Shown piece by piece: positions 44,021 through 52,012 of a stretch of DNA of 52,012 bases (its first letter is position 1; each line of letters opens with the position of its first letter). Made by a program: the position numbers and the translations under genes. The notes under the pieces are model-generated. The model did not search any database. It saw only the letters and a program-made list of their open reading frames with translations, and was not told the origin of the DNA. Source of the DNA: Bacteroidaceae bacterium (GTDB lineage Bacteria; Bacteroidota; Bacteroidia; Bacteroidales; Bacteroidaceae); assembly GCA_017961145.1 (NCBI GenBank), contig JAGCXU010000054.1:1-52012 (forward strand), in the 5' to 3' direction.

Positions 44021-45289
44021 ATGAATACTGGAAGCGGTTCGCCCCTCTTTTGGAGGGGATGGGGGAGGCTCGAACTTTTCATAGCTCGTCGTTACCTTTT
44101 CACCAAGAAGAGCCATCATGCCATCAACATCATCAGTGGCATTTCGGTGCTTGGTGTGGCTGTGGCTACGATGGCGATGGTGGTCACGCTGAGCGTCTTC
44201 AACGGCTTCCAAGACCTTGTGGCCGACCTCTTCACTGCTTTCGACCCCGAGTTGCTGGTCATTCCAAAAGATGGGCAGACCGTCAGCACCAAGGATGCTG
44301 CCCTGCTGGGGCTCAAGAAGAATGGTGCAGTAGCAGTCTATACCCCAGTCCTCGAAGGTCAGGCTCTCGTCGTTCAAGGTGGCAAACAGCAAGTCGTGAC
44401 CATCAAGGGCGTGGCTGATAATGTCACAAAACAGGGCCACATCGAGGACATCCTTTATGGCGACGGACATTTCTGCCTTCATGCCGACATCTTGGAGTAC
44501 GGCATCTTGGGCATTCAGTTGGCTCAGCAACTCGGCCTTCCCGCTTTTTTCGAGAACCCGCTTCAAGTCTATGCTCCCAAAAGAGGTGAGCGCGTCAATA
44601 TCGGCAACCCCCTCTCTTCCTTCAATCACGATGAATTGCAGAGTCCTGGTGTCGTCTTTATGGTGAGGCAGGCCAAGTACGATGCCAACTACATTCTCAC
44701 CAGTCTTGGCTTTGCTCAACGACTTTTCGACCGAGAGGGCAGGGTGTCGGCTGTGCAACTGAAACTCAAGGATGGTCTCAAGGCCGACAAGGTCAAGGAG
44801 CAACTGATGGCTGAGTTGGGTGAACGCTTCAAGGTGGAGGACCGCTTTGAGCAGCAGAACGATGTCTTCCGAGTGATGCGCATCGAGAAACTCATCTCCT
44901 ATCTCTTTCTCTCCTTTATATTATTAGTCGCTTGCTTCAACATCATCGGTTCGCTCTCGATGCTGATGATAGACAAGCGGCAAGACATCCAAACGCTTCG
45001 CAGTCTCGGAGCTAACGACTCGCAGATTTGCACCATTTTCCGACTCGAGGGCCACATCATCAGTCTGGCTGGTGCTTTGCTCGGCTTGTTTTTGGGTGGT
45101 ATTCTTTGCTGGGTTCAGCAAGAGTACGGCATAGTGAAGATGGGTGGCAGCGAAGGCAGTTTTATCATCGACACCTATCCCGTCAGTGTCTATTGGACCG
45201 ACATCTTGCTTGTCCTCGTCACCGTTCTTGCTGTAGGTTGGATAGCAATTTGGTACCCCGTCCGTTATCTCTCGAAGAAGATACTATGA
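44021..45289 (+). CDS. FtsX-like ABC transporter permease (LolC/E-like)
   Basis: LELFIARRYLF start region and four TM helices with a large periplasmic loop. The first ~17 codons are encoded by a G/C hairpin element, so the true start is uncertain. Confidence 0.8.
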   Translation: MNTGSGSPLFWRGWGRLELFIARRYLFTKKSHHAINIISGISVLGVAVATMAMVVTLSVFNGFQDLVADLFTAFDPELLVIPKDGQTVSTKDAALLGLKKNGAVAVYTPVLEGQALVVQGGKQQVVTIKGVADNVTKQGHIEDILYGDGHFCLHADILEYGILGIQLAQQLGLPAFFENPLQVYAPKRGERVNIGNPLSSFNHDELQSPGVVFMVRQAKYDANYILTSLGFAQRLFDREGRVSAVQLKLKDGLKADKVKEQLMAELGERFKVEDRFEQQNDVFRVMRIEKLISYLFLSFILLVACFNIIGSLSMLMIDKRQDIQTLRSLGANDSQICTIFRLEGHIISLAGALLGLFLGGILCWVQQEYGIVKMGGSEGSFIIDTYPVSVYWTDILLVLVTVLAVGWIAIWYPVRYLSKKIL

Positions 45290-46494
45290 GCACCGTTTAT
45301 CCCTTTGCTCGTCCGCTTTATGTAATGGCCAAACCTGCAGGAGCGAAGTGCAATCTGCGGTGCCGGTATTGCTATTACTTGGAGAAGCAGCATCTTTCTG
45401 AAAGGCAACAGGCTGGCATGACGGACAAGCTTCTTGAGCAATACATCCGCTCCTATATAGAGGTTCAGCAAATGCCCGATGTGCTCTTTGCTTGGCACGG
45501 AGGAGAGCCCATGCTCAAACCCCTCAGTTTCTACAAGCAGGCAGTCCGACTGCAACGCTACTATGGCAGAGGCAAGCGCATCAGTAACAGCATTCAGACG
45601 AACGGACTTTATCTCACTCCAGAATGGTGTCAGTTCCTTCATGACGAAGGTTGGCTCGTTGGCATCAGTATCGACGGAACTCAGGAGCAACACGATGCTT
45701 ATCGGCTTGATGCTCAGGGTAATGGCACTTGGGAAAGGGTGGTGCAAAGCATCAAGATGCTGAACGAATATGGTGTGGAATGGAATGCGATGGCGACTGC
45801 CAATCACTTTAATGCCCAAGACCCGCTTGCTTTCTACAAGTTCTTTCGCGACGAATTGCATTGCAAGTTCCTGCAAATCAGTCCTGTAGTGGAACGCATC
45901 AAAGAGCATAGTGATGGCCGACATCTTGCCCAGCTTTTCGACGAGGATTGTCCGATTGCGCCCTTCAGTATTCGACCGGAAGAGTGGGGAAGGTTCATGT
46001 GTGCTATTTTTGATGAGTGGGTGAAGCACGATGTCGGCGAAGTCTTTGTGCAGCTTTTTGATGCCACTCTTGCAGGTTGGATGGGCATGGAACCTGGTGT
46101 TTGTGTCTATGCTGAGGAATGCGGTCATGCAGCAGTCATGGAGCAGAATGGCGACGTTTATTCCTGCGACCACTTTGTCTTTCCAGAGTACAAACTTGGA
46201 AACATCAGGACGAATGGTTTGCCACAGATGCTTTATGGTACGAAACAGAATCGCTTCAGTCGCTTGAAGAAGGAAGCGCTCCCTCGTCAATGTCGTGAGT
46301 GCCAATGGCTTAAGGCTTGTCATGGCGAGTGTCCTCGTTTGCGATTCCTCAAGACAGCCGATGGAGAGCCTGGTCTCAATTATCTTTGTGCGGGCTATCA
46401 AATCTTTTTTCATCACGTTGCCCCTTACATGGATTTTATGCGACAGGAATTGCTTTCAGGTCGTCCTGCCAGTAGTGTGATGAAGCGCTTCTGA
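45286..46494 (+). CDS. Anaerobic sulfatase-maturating enzyme-like radical SAM/SPASM protein
   Basis: The ATG at 45286 (MSTVYPF...) has a 4-nt ATGA overlap with the upstream stop. It carries the CNLRCRYCYY radical-SAM motif and a C-terminal Cys-rich SPASM region (CRECQWLKACHGECP). The track ORF from 45028 is an upstream extension. Confidence 0.82.
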   Translation: MSTVYPFARPLYVMAKPAGAKCNLRCRYCYYLEKQHLSERQQAGMTDKLLEQYIRSYIEVQQMPDVLFAWHGGEPMLKPLSFYKQAVRLQRYYGRGKRISNSIQTNGLYLTPEWCQFLHDEGWLVGISIDGTQEQHDAYRLDAQGNGTWERVVQSIKMLNEYGVEWNAMATANHFNAQDPLAFYKFFRDELHCKFLQISPVVERIKEHSDGRHLAQLFDEDCPIAPFSIRPEEWGRFMCAIFDEWVKHDVGEVFVQLFDATLAGWMGMEPGVCVYAEECGHAAVMEQNGDVYSCDHFVFPEYKLGNIRTNGLPQMLYGTKQNRFSRLKKEALPRQCRECQWLKACHGECPRLRFLKTADGEPGLNYLCAGYQIFFHHVAPYMDFMRQELLSGRPASSVMKRF

Positions 46495-46641
46495 TTCTTC
46501 TTTGTCATATTTTTCATTGATTCTTATCTTTTTTTGCCCGAAACTTGTATTTTTTGATAAAAAAGTGTAATTTTGTGGCGCGAAAAAGGATATAACAAAA
46601 ACCGAAACTATTTTTTTTACCTTAAAGCTTCAACAAAAACT

Positions 46642-47520
46642 ATGACTGACAAAGTATTTACTGAGGTCACGCCATTGGGAGAGAAGGATTGTTTCCTAAT
46701 GGTCGATCGTGACAAAGACGCGTTCACTTACCCTCTTCACAAACACGAAGAGATGGAGTTGAACTTCGTGGAACATTGTGATGGTGCTCGTCGCATTGTT
46801 GGCGACAGTATCGAAGTGCTTGGCAAGTACGACCTTGTACTTGTGGGCAGCGGACTGGAACATATGTGGGACCAGTACGATTGCCAAAGCCATTCCATCC
46901 ACGAAATCACCATCCAGTTTCCCCCTGACTTGCTTGGTGAGCAGTTCCTCCAGAAGAACCAGTTGAGTAGCCTTCGTGCTCTTTTCGAGAATGCAAAACG
47001 AGGAGTTGCCTTTGAGCTTCCTGCCATTATGGAGCTGTATGGCAAGATTACTGCCATCACTTCGGCTCAGCCTGGCTTCTACAGGATGCTCTCGCTTTTG
47101 GAGATTCTCTACGAACTCTCTCTTCAGGATAACTACCATCTCTTGGCAAGTAAGTCGTTTGCCAATGTGAAGAACCAGCCCGAGAGCCGTCGTGTCCGTG
47201 CTGTCGAGGAACATATCGACCAGAACTTCAAGAGGGAGATTCGCCTGAAGACTTTGGCTGATATTGCTGGCATGACTCCTGCTGCTTTCTCGCGTTTCTT
47301 CCGTACTCGCACTGGCAAGACTGTGAGCGACTACATTATCGACATCCGTCTTGGCTATGCAGCCCGTCTTCTTGTCGATACACATACCAGCGTGGCAGAG
47401 ATTTGCTATAGTTGCGGCTTCAACAACATCAGCAACTTCAACCGCATCTTCAAGAAGAAGAAGGGTTGTTCGCCAACTGCTTTCCGCGATAACTACCATA
47501 AGAGCAAAATCATCATTTAG
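46642..47520 (+). CDS. AraC-family transcriptional regulator (cupin N-domain plus HTH)
   Basis: The ATG at 46642 gives MTDKVF. It has a cupin-like HKHEEMELNFV and a C-terminal AraC HTH (ICYSCGFNNISNFNRIFKKKKGCSP). Confidence 0.85.
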   Translation: MTDKVFTEVTPLGEKDCFLMVDRDKDAFTYPLHKHEEMELNFVEHCDGARRIVGDSIEVLGKYDLVLVGSGLEHMWDQYDCQSHSIHEITIQFPPDLLGEQFLQKNQLSSLRALFENAKRGVAFELPAIMELYGKITAITSAQPGFYRMLSLLEILYELSLQDNYHLLASKSFANVKNQPESRRVRAVEEHIDQNFKREIRLKTLADIAGMTPAAFSRFFRTRTGKTVSDYIIDIRLGYAARLLVDTHTSVAEICYSCGFNNISNFNRIFKKKKGCSPTAFRDNYHKSKIII

Positions 47521-47543
47521 TTCATAATTCATAGTTCATAGTT

Positions 47544-48866
47544 ATGAAACATCTCCAGTCTCTTCTCGCAATGTTTGCTGTGACGTTGCTCATTTCCTGC
47601 AGTGAAAAAGTCCAACAACACAGCAGTAATTTCGTGACGACCCGCGACGGAAAGTTCTATCGTGGCGATGCAGAGTACAAGTTCATTGGCGCAAACTTCT
47701 GGTATGGCGCAGTCTTGGCCAGCGAAGGTCAAGGTGGTGACCGTGAACGCCTTCAGAATGAGCTCGACTTGATGCAGGAAGTCGGCATCAACAATGTGCG
47801 TGTCCTCGTTGGTGGCGAAGGCCCGGATACGGTGGCTTCCCATGTCGTTCCAGTCCTCCAGCCTGAGCCAGGCGTCTATAACGACACCATTCTGCAAGGC
47901 TTGGACTACTTGATTGCAGAACTCGAAAAGCGCGAGATGACGGCTGTCCTCTTCCTGAACAATGCTTGGGAATGGAGTGGGGGATATGGTGCATATCTCG
48001 AGTGGGCAGGATGTGGTCCTGTACCCGATTGGTCGGACTGGACCATCGCTCAGAACTACCATTGCCAATTCGTCAAGAACGATAGTGCAAAAGCTATGGC
48101 CGAGCGTCATGTCCGCTACATCGTTTCTCGCACCAATACTGTTACCGGTAAGCCTTATAGCGAGTCGCCAGCCATCATGGCTTGGGAGCTTGCCAACGAG
48201 CCTCGTGCCTTTGCTCGCGACTCTGTGACGAAAGCTTGCTTTGCCAATTGGGTTGAGACGCAGGCCAAGCTCATCAAGAGCCTCGACAGCAATCACTTGG
48301 TAACGACTGGTAGCGAAGGTCTGGAAGGTTGTGAGTACGATCCTGACCTTTTCCGTCAGGTTCATGCTTTCCCCGAGATTGACTATGTCTGCATCCACAT
48401 CTGGCCCTACAACTGGCATTGGCTTGGCCCGGCCAGTGGTCCTCTGGAAGTTGGTCTGGCAAAGAACGGCGAAGCCTCCACTCTGGACAGCGTTCCTTTT
48501 GCAGCCCGCAAGACTCGAGCCTATTTGGATACTTGTTGGGACATCGTGAAAGACTTGAACAAGCCGATGGTTTTGGAGGAGTTTGGCTATCCTCGCGACG
48601 GATATCGCATCGAGCCAGGCTCGCCCACTCAAGGTCGCGACATCTATTATGCCTTTGTCTTTAGTCTGCTGACCGAAGGCAAGTTGCAAGGTTGTTGCTT
48701 CTGGGCTTGGGGAGGTTATGCTCAGCCAAAGCATGTGCGTTGGCAGCGTTGGGACGATTATGTAGGCGATCCTGCTCAGGAAGAACAGGGCCTCAATGCC
48801 GTCTTCGCTTGTGACACGATGACTCTCGGAATCATTCACCTGGCTTCAGAAAGCTTAAAACGATAA
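47544..48866 (+). CDS. GH5 family glycoside hydrolase lipoprotein, probably a beta-mannanase
   Basis: Lipobox LLISC. WELANEPR is the acid/base motif and VLEEFGYP the nucleophile motif. The mannanase assignment is from remembered similarity only. Confidence 0.72.
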   Translation: MKHLQSLLAMFAVTLLISCSEKVQQHSSNFVTTRDGKFYRGDAEYKFIGANFWYGAVLASEGQGGDRERLQNELDLMQEVGINNVRVLVGGEGPDTVASHVVPVLQPEPGVYNDTILQGLDYLIAELEKREMTAVLFLNNAWEWSGGYGAYLEWAGCGPVPDWSDWTIAQNYHCQFVKNDSAKAMAERHVRYIVSRTNTVTGKPYSESPAIMAWELANEPRAFARDSVTKACFANWVETQAKLIKSLDSNHLVTTGSEGLEGCEYDPDLFRQVHAFPEIDYVCIHIWPYNWHWLGPASGPLEVGLAKNGEASTLDSVPFAARKTRAYLDTCWDIVKDLNKPMVLEEFGYPRDGYRIEPGSPTQGRDIYYAFVFSLLTEGKLQGCCFWAWGGYAQPKHVRWQRWDDYVGDPAQEEQGLNAVFACDTMTLGIIHLASESLKR

Positions 48867-48868
48867 CC

Positions 48869-50233
48869 ATGCTATTTGACAAACAGACATATATTGAGCG
48901 CAGAAGACTGCTCAAGCAGAGAATCGGCTCCGGCATCATCTTGCTGATGGGCAACAACGATTCGCCAGCCAACTATCCCAACAACGTCTATCGCTTCCGT
49001 CAGGACAGCTCGTTCCTCTATTTCTACGGCTTGCATCGTGAAGGTCTTGCTGGCGTTATCGATGTGGATAACAACCAGGAGTACCTTGTCGGAGATGATA
49101 TTGACATCGAGGATATCGTTTGGTTCGGCTCCGTAGATAGTGTTGCCGATATGGCAGCCGAGATTGGAGTCGGGAAAACCTTGCCCATGAAGAGCCTTTC
49201 GGACTTCATCAAGAAAGCCAAGCAGAGTGGTCAGCGCATCCATTTTCTGCCACCTTATCGCCATGACCATCAAATCCAACTCATGGACATGCTCGGCATC
49301 CATCCCTCCAAGCAAAGAGAGGCTGCCAGCGTGGAACTCATCAAGGCTGTCGTGGACCAAAGAGCCGTGAAGAGTGCAGGCGAGATAGCCGAGATAGAGC
49401 GCGCTTGTGCCATCGGTTACGAGATGCACACCACAGCCATCAAGATGTGTCGCGAAGGTGTGACGGAGCAGGAGATAGCAGGCGTGATCAGCGGTATTGC
49501 AAGCAGTCGTGGCTGCATGGTCAGTTTCCCAAGTATCGTCACGATGCATGGCGAAATCATGCACGGCTATCCCAGCCCTCGTCCTCTCGAAGCAGGACGG
49601 CTCCTCCTTTGTGATGCAGGGGCTGAGACCAACGAGAACTATTGCAGCGACAATACCCGCACAACACCCATCAGCGGACAGTTTACGCAGCGTCAGAAAG
49701 AGATTTACGACATCGTCAAAGAGTGTCACGACTATGCTCTCACCCTTTCTGCTCCAGGTGTGAAGTGGTGGGACGTGCACTTTGGAGTGTGCCGACTCAT
49801 GACCGAGCGGCTTAAGGAACTTGGCTTGATGAAGGGCGACACAGACGAAGCCGTTCGGGCTGGAGCGCATGCCATGTTCATGCCTCACGGACTTGGACAC
49901 ATGATGGGCATGGATGTTCACGATATGGAAGGCCTCGGCCAGACCTATGTCGGCTTCGACGATGAGGTTCGACCTAACCTCGAGCAGTTTGGAACGAATT
50001 GTCTGCGTTGTGGTCGTCGTTTGCAAGAAGGCTTCGTCATGACCGATGAGCCCGGCATCTACTTCATTCCTGCCCTCATCGACGATTGGCGCTCTACGGG
50101 CCATTGTGCGGAGTTCCTCAACTTCGACCTGCTCGAGACCTACAAGGACTTCGGAGGCATCCGCATCGAGGACGACATCCTCATCACGAAGGACGGTTGC
50201 TGCTTCCTCGGAAAAGACAGAATTCCATATTAA
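48869..50233 (+). CDS. M24B Xaa-Pro aminopeptidase family protein
   Basis: 454 aa with the HGLGHMMGMDVHD motif and a pita-bread fold pattern (IRIEDD). Confidence 0.85.
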   Translation: MLFDKQTYIERRRLLKQRIGSGIILLMGNNDSPANYPNNVYRFRQDSSFLYFYGLHREGLAGVIDVDNNQEYLVGDDIDIEDIVWFGSVDSVADMAAEIGVGKTLPMKSLSDFIKKAKQSGQRIHFLPPYRHDHQIQLMDMLGIHPSKQREAASVELIKAVVDQRAVKSAGEIAEIERACAIGYEMHTTAIKMCREGVTEQEIAGVISGIASSRGCMVSFPSIVTMHGEIMHGYPSPRPLEAGRLLLCDAGAETNENYCSDNTRTTPISGQFTQRQKEIYDIVKECHDYALTLSAPGVKWWDVHFGVCRLMTERLKELGLMKGDTDEAVRAGAHAMFMPHGLGHMMGMDVHDMEGLGQTYVGFDDEVRPNLEQFGTNCLRCGRRLQEGFVMTDEPGIYFIPALIDDWRSTGHCAEFLNFDLLETYKDFGGIRIEDDILITKDGCCFLGKDRIPY

Positions 50234-50272
50234 TTCAAAATTGATAAATTCAAATTTCAAAATTATTAATAA

Positions 50273-51493
50273 ATGAAAAAACTAATCGCATTAGCGGCAG
50301 TTGCTCTGCTCATCATGCCGGCAACTGCTAAGGACAAGAAGGAGAAGAAGGTGGACAACGACAGCCTCGTCTTCACAACCATCGTGGAACAGCCCGTGAC
50401 AAGCATCAAGAACCAGAACAGTTCGGGCACTTGCTGGGCTTATTCTTCGCTCGCATTCCTGGAGAGTGAGGCCATCAAGAAGAATCCCGCTCTGAAGGAC
50501 GACCTCGACCTCTGCGAATCGTTCCTCATCAGCAAGACCTACGTGGACCGTGCCGACAAGCATGTCCGCACCCATGGTGACGCCAGCTTCAGCCAGGGCG
50601 GCTCGTTCGAGGACGCCATCTATTGCATGGAGCACTACGGCCTCATTCCCGAAGGGCTGATGCCTTATCCCATCACCGAATACGGTGACTCCCTCTTCAA
50701 CTTCGGCCAGCTCTTCCCACCGATGACCGCTTATCTGCAGAGCATCAGCAAGAGTGGCGCCAAGAAGATTTATCCGAAGGCTTGGAAAGGCGCTCTCCAG
50801 AGCATGCTCGACGGCTACTTCGGCAAGTGCCCCGACGAGTTCGAATACAAAGGTGTGCGCTACACACCACAGAGCTTCGTCAAGGACTACCTCAAGCTCG
50901 ACCCCAACGACTACGTCAGCCTCACCAGCTACACGCACCATCCCTACTGGAGCAGCTTCATCCTCGAGATTGAAGACAACTGGCGCTGGGCAAGCAGCTA
51001 CAACCTGCCCCTCGACGACCTGATGCGCGTCATGCTCGAGTCGGTCAAGAACGGCTGGACATTTGCTTGGGGAGCCGACGTCAGCGAGGACGGATTCAGC
51101 CGTCGCAGTGGCAAGAACAAGAGCGTAGCCATGGTGCCCGACACCAAGTTCAAGGCAGGCGTGGGTAGCGACCAGGCACGCTGGACTGGTGAGCAGGTAT
51201 CGGAGAAAGTGGAAATCGTCAAGGCCAATGCCGAGAAGACCATCACTCCCGAAATGCGCCAAGAAGCCTACGACAACTGGGAGACCACCGACGACCATGG
51301 CATGCAGATCTACGGCTTGGCCAAGGACCAGTTCGGCAAGGAATACTTCATGATGAAGAACTCGTGGGGCGAGAGCGGTCCCTACAAAGGCTTCTGGTAC
51401 GTCAGCCCAGCCTATGCCGCCTACAAGACCATGAACATCGTCATCAACAAGAACGCCGTTCCCTCCGACATCCGCCAGAAACTCGGCTTCTAA
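50273..51493 (+). CDS. Secreted C1-family (aminopeptidase C-like) cysteine peptidase
   Basis: Has a signal peptide, the active-site context NQNSSGTCWAYSSLAFLESE, and HGMQIYG ... KNSWG. Confidence 0.82.
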   Translation: MKKLIALAAVALLIMPATAKDKKEKKVDNDSLVFTTIVEQPVTSIKNQNSSGTCWAYSSLAFLESEAIKKNPALKDDLDLCESFLISKTYVDRADKHVRTHGDASFSQGGSFEDAIYCMEHYGLIPEGLMPYPITEYGDSLFNFGQLFPPMTAYLQSISKSGAKKIYPKAWKGALQSMLDGYFGKCPDEFEYKGVRYTPQSFVKDYLKLDPNDYVSLTSYTHHPYWSSFILEIEDNWRWASSYNLPLDDLMRVMLESVKNGWTFAWGADVSEDGFSRRSGKNKSVAMVPDTKFKAGVGSDQARWTGEQVSEKVEIVKANAEKTITPEMRQEAYDNWETTDDHGMQIYGLAKDQFGKEYFMMKNSWGESGPYKGFWYVSPAYAAYKTMNIVINKNAVPSDIRQKLGF

Positions 51494-51514
51494 AAGAACA
51501 GGTCACACCCGCAC

Positions 51515-51548
51515 AAAAGCCCCCGTCATCTCGGCGAGGGCTTTTTTT
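51515..51548. terminator. Rho-independent terminator after the C1 peptidase gene
   Basis: AAAAGCCC (51515-51522) pairs with GGGCTTTT (51538-51545), with a T-run after the stem. Confidence 0.7.
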
Positions 51549-51557
51549 AGTTTAGAA

Positions 51558-51667
51558 GACCCCCTAGCCCCCTTTAGGGGGAATTGGACACCCCAAGGGG
51601 CCTAATTTCTTATTCTCTTATTCTCTTATTTTTCTCCCCCTTCAGGGGGAGTCAGAGGGGGTCTTTT
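51558..51667. repeat. Composite G/C-tract hairpin element with an internal 8-bp tandem repeat
   Basis: The outer stem is GACCCCCT (51558-51565) / AGGGGGTC (51656-51663). Inner hairpins are CCCCC-TTTA-GGGGG (51668-51681), CCCC-AA-GGGG (51591-51600) and CTCCCCC-TTCA-GGGGGAG (51634-51651). (TCTTATTC) x3 lies at 51608-51631. Confidence 0.8.
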
Positions 51668-51770
51668 ACGATTGCCATTGTATAGTGTTAAATTGGCCAC
51701 TTTAACGTGTTACGTTGGCCATCGTAACGTGTTACGTTTGCATTTTATCTGTGCCTCGTTTGCCCTTGTC
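51661..51770 (+). repeat. 22-bp-unit family copy (about five phased units)
   Basis: The units start at 51661, 51683, 51705, 51727 and 51749. The best are ACGTGTTACGTTGGCCATCGTA and ACGTGTTACGTTTGCATTTTAT. Confidence 0.8.
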
Positions 51771-51873
51771 TGCAGCTAAGGACTCACCTCTCGATTGGAT
51801 TCCTGAGCGTCAGTTCATGCAGCGGAAACGGGCCCTGTTTTCGATGCCTTGAACCTCTGTTCTAAATCCACTA

Positions 51874-51881
51874 CAAAGGTA
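51874..51881 (-). promoter_or_regulatory. Orphan Bacteroidetes-type promoter on the minus strand (-33 TTTG, N20, -7 TACCTTTG)
   Basis: The minus strand reads AAATTTGGTAGTGTCGGAAAATTTTCGTACCTTTG. There is no CDS downstream on that strand before the convergent peptidase gene. Confidence 0.4.
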
Positions 51882-52012
51882 CGAAAATTTTCCGACACTA
51901 CCAAATTTCGGGCCTCGATTTAGGCCGATTTTCAGCAGCATTTTGAGCGATTTTTTATTTGACGGTTGCAGGTTGCATAATTGTGCAACCAAAAAATATG
52001 ACACCATCCTCA

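Noticed and set aside
45028-45285. The ORF-track entry 45028-46494 suggests a 488-aa protein starting inside the FtsX-like permease gene.
   Set aside because: The first 86 codons overlap the permease in another frame and look non-protein-like. The ATG at 45286 gives a canonical anSME N-terminus (CNLRCRYCYY within 30 residues) and a classic ATGA stop/start overlap.
1-52012. I looked for a mobile genetic element, prophage, defence island or toxin-antitoxin pair.
   Set aside because: I recognised no integrase, transposase, phage structural, restriction-modification, Cas or TA-like ORFs. The accessory-looking genes are metabolic or envelope-related.

Overview
This is a chromosomal window from a Bacteroidota genome, apparently Bacteroidales and Prevotella-like. 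The assignment rests on TAnnTTTG -7 promoter boxes, a T9SS C-terminal sorting domain, GH92/GH125 genes, and the absence of adk between secY and map.

Positions 1-14556 hold an almost complete S10-spc-alpha ribosomal protein cluster (rplC to rplQ, with secY, map, infA and rpoA). It includes two genes missing from the ORF track, rpmD (8413-8589) and rpmJ (11459-11575).

The remainder is mixed housekeeping and accessory content:
- a GH92 / GH125 / transglutaminase-like lipoprotein operon
- a Wzx-like flippase, xth, and a CcsBA-like pair
- rfbA
- a five-gene minus-strand operon encoding a VTC-type polyphosphate-polymerase domain, DUF4956, DUF2490, a small T9SS-tailed protein and a Cthe_2159-like beta-helix
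- frr, rsgA, argB and an ECF sigma / anti-sigma pair
- a mannose-type catabolic operon (long PMI, ROK kinase, MFS)
- gpx, a CDF transporter and two Isf-like flavoproteins
- pepC, rbfA, an FtsX-like permease, anSME, AraC plus GH5, an M24 peptidase and a secreted C1 peptidase

No rRNA, tRNA, CRISPR array, transposase or integrase was seen.

The most interesting items are the VTC/DUF4956/DUF2490/T9SS/beta-helix operon, which is a candidate envelope-spanning system of unknown function, and the transglutaminase-fold lipoprotein coupled to alpha-mannosidases. Several unannotated repeat families are also notable: a 22-bp periodic unit at six intergenic loci (one inside the spc operon), heptamer arrays, G/C-tract hairpin clusters, and inverted 9-mer arrays around an AT-rich core.

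All calls come from reading the sequence and from remembered family signatures. No searches were run.
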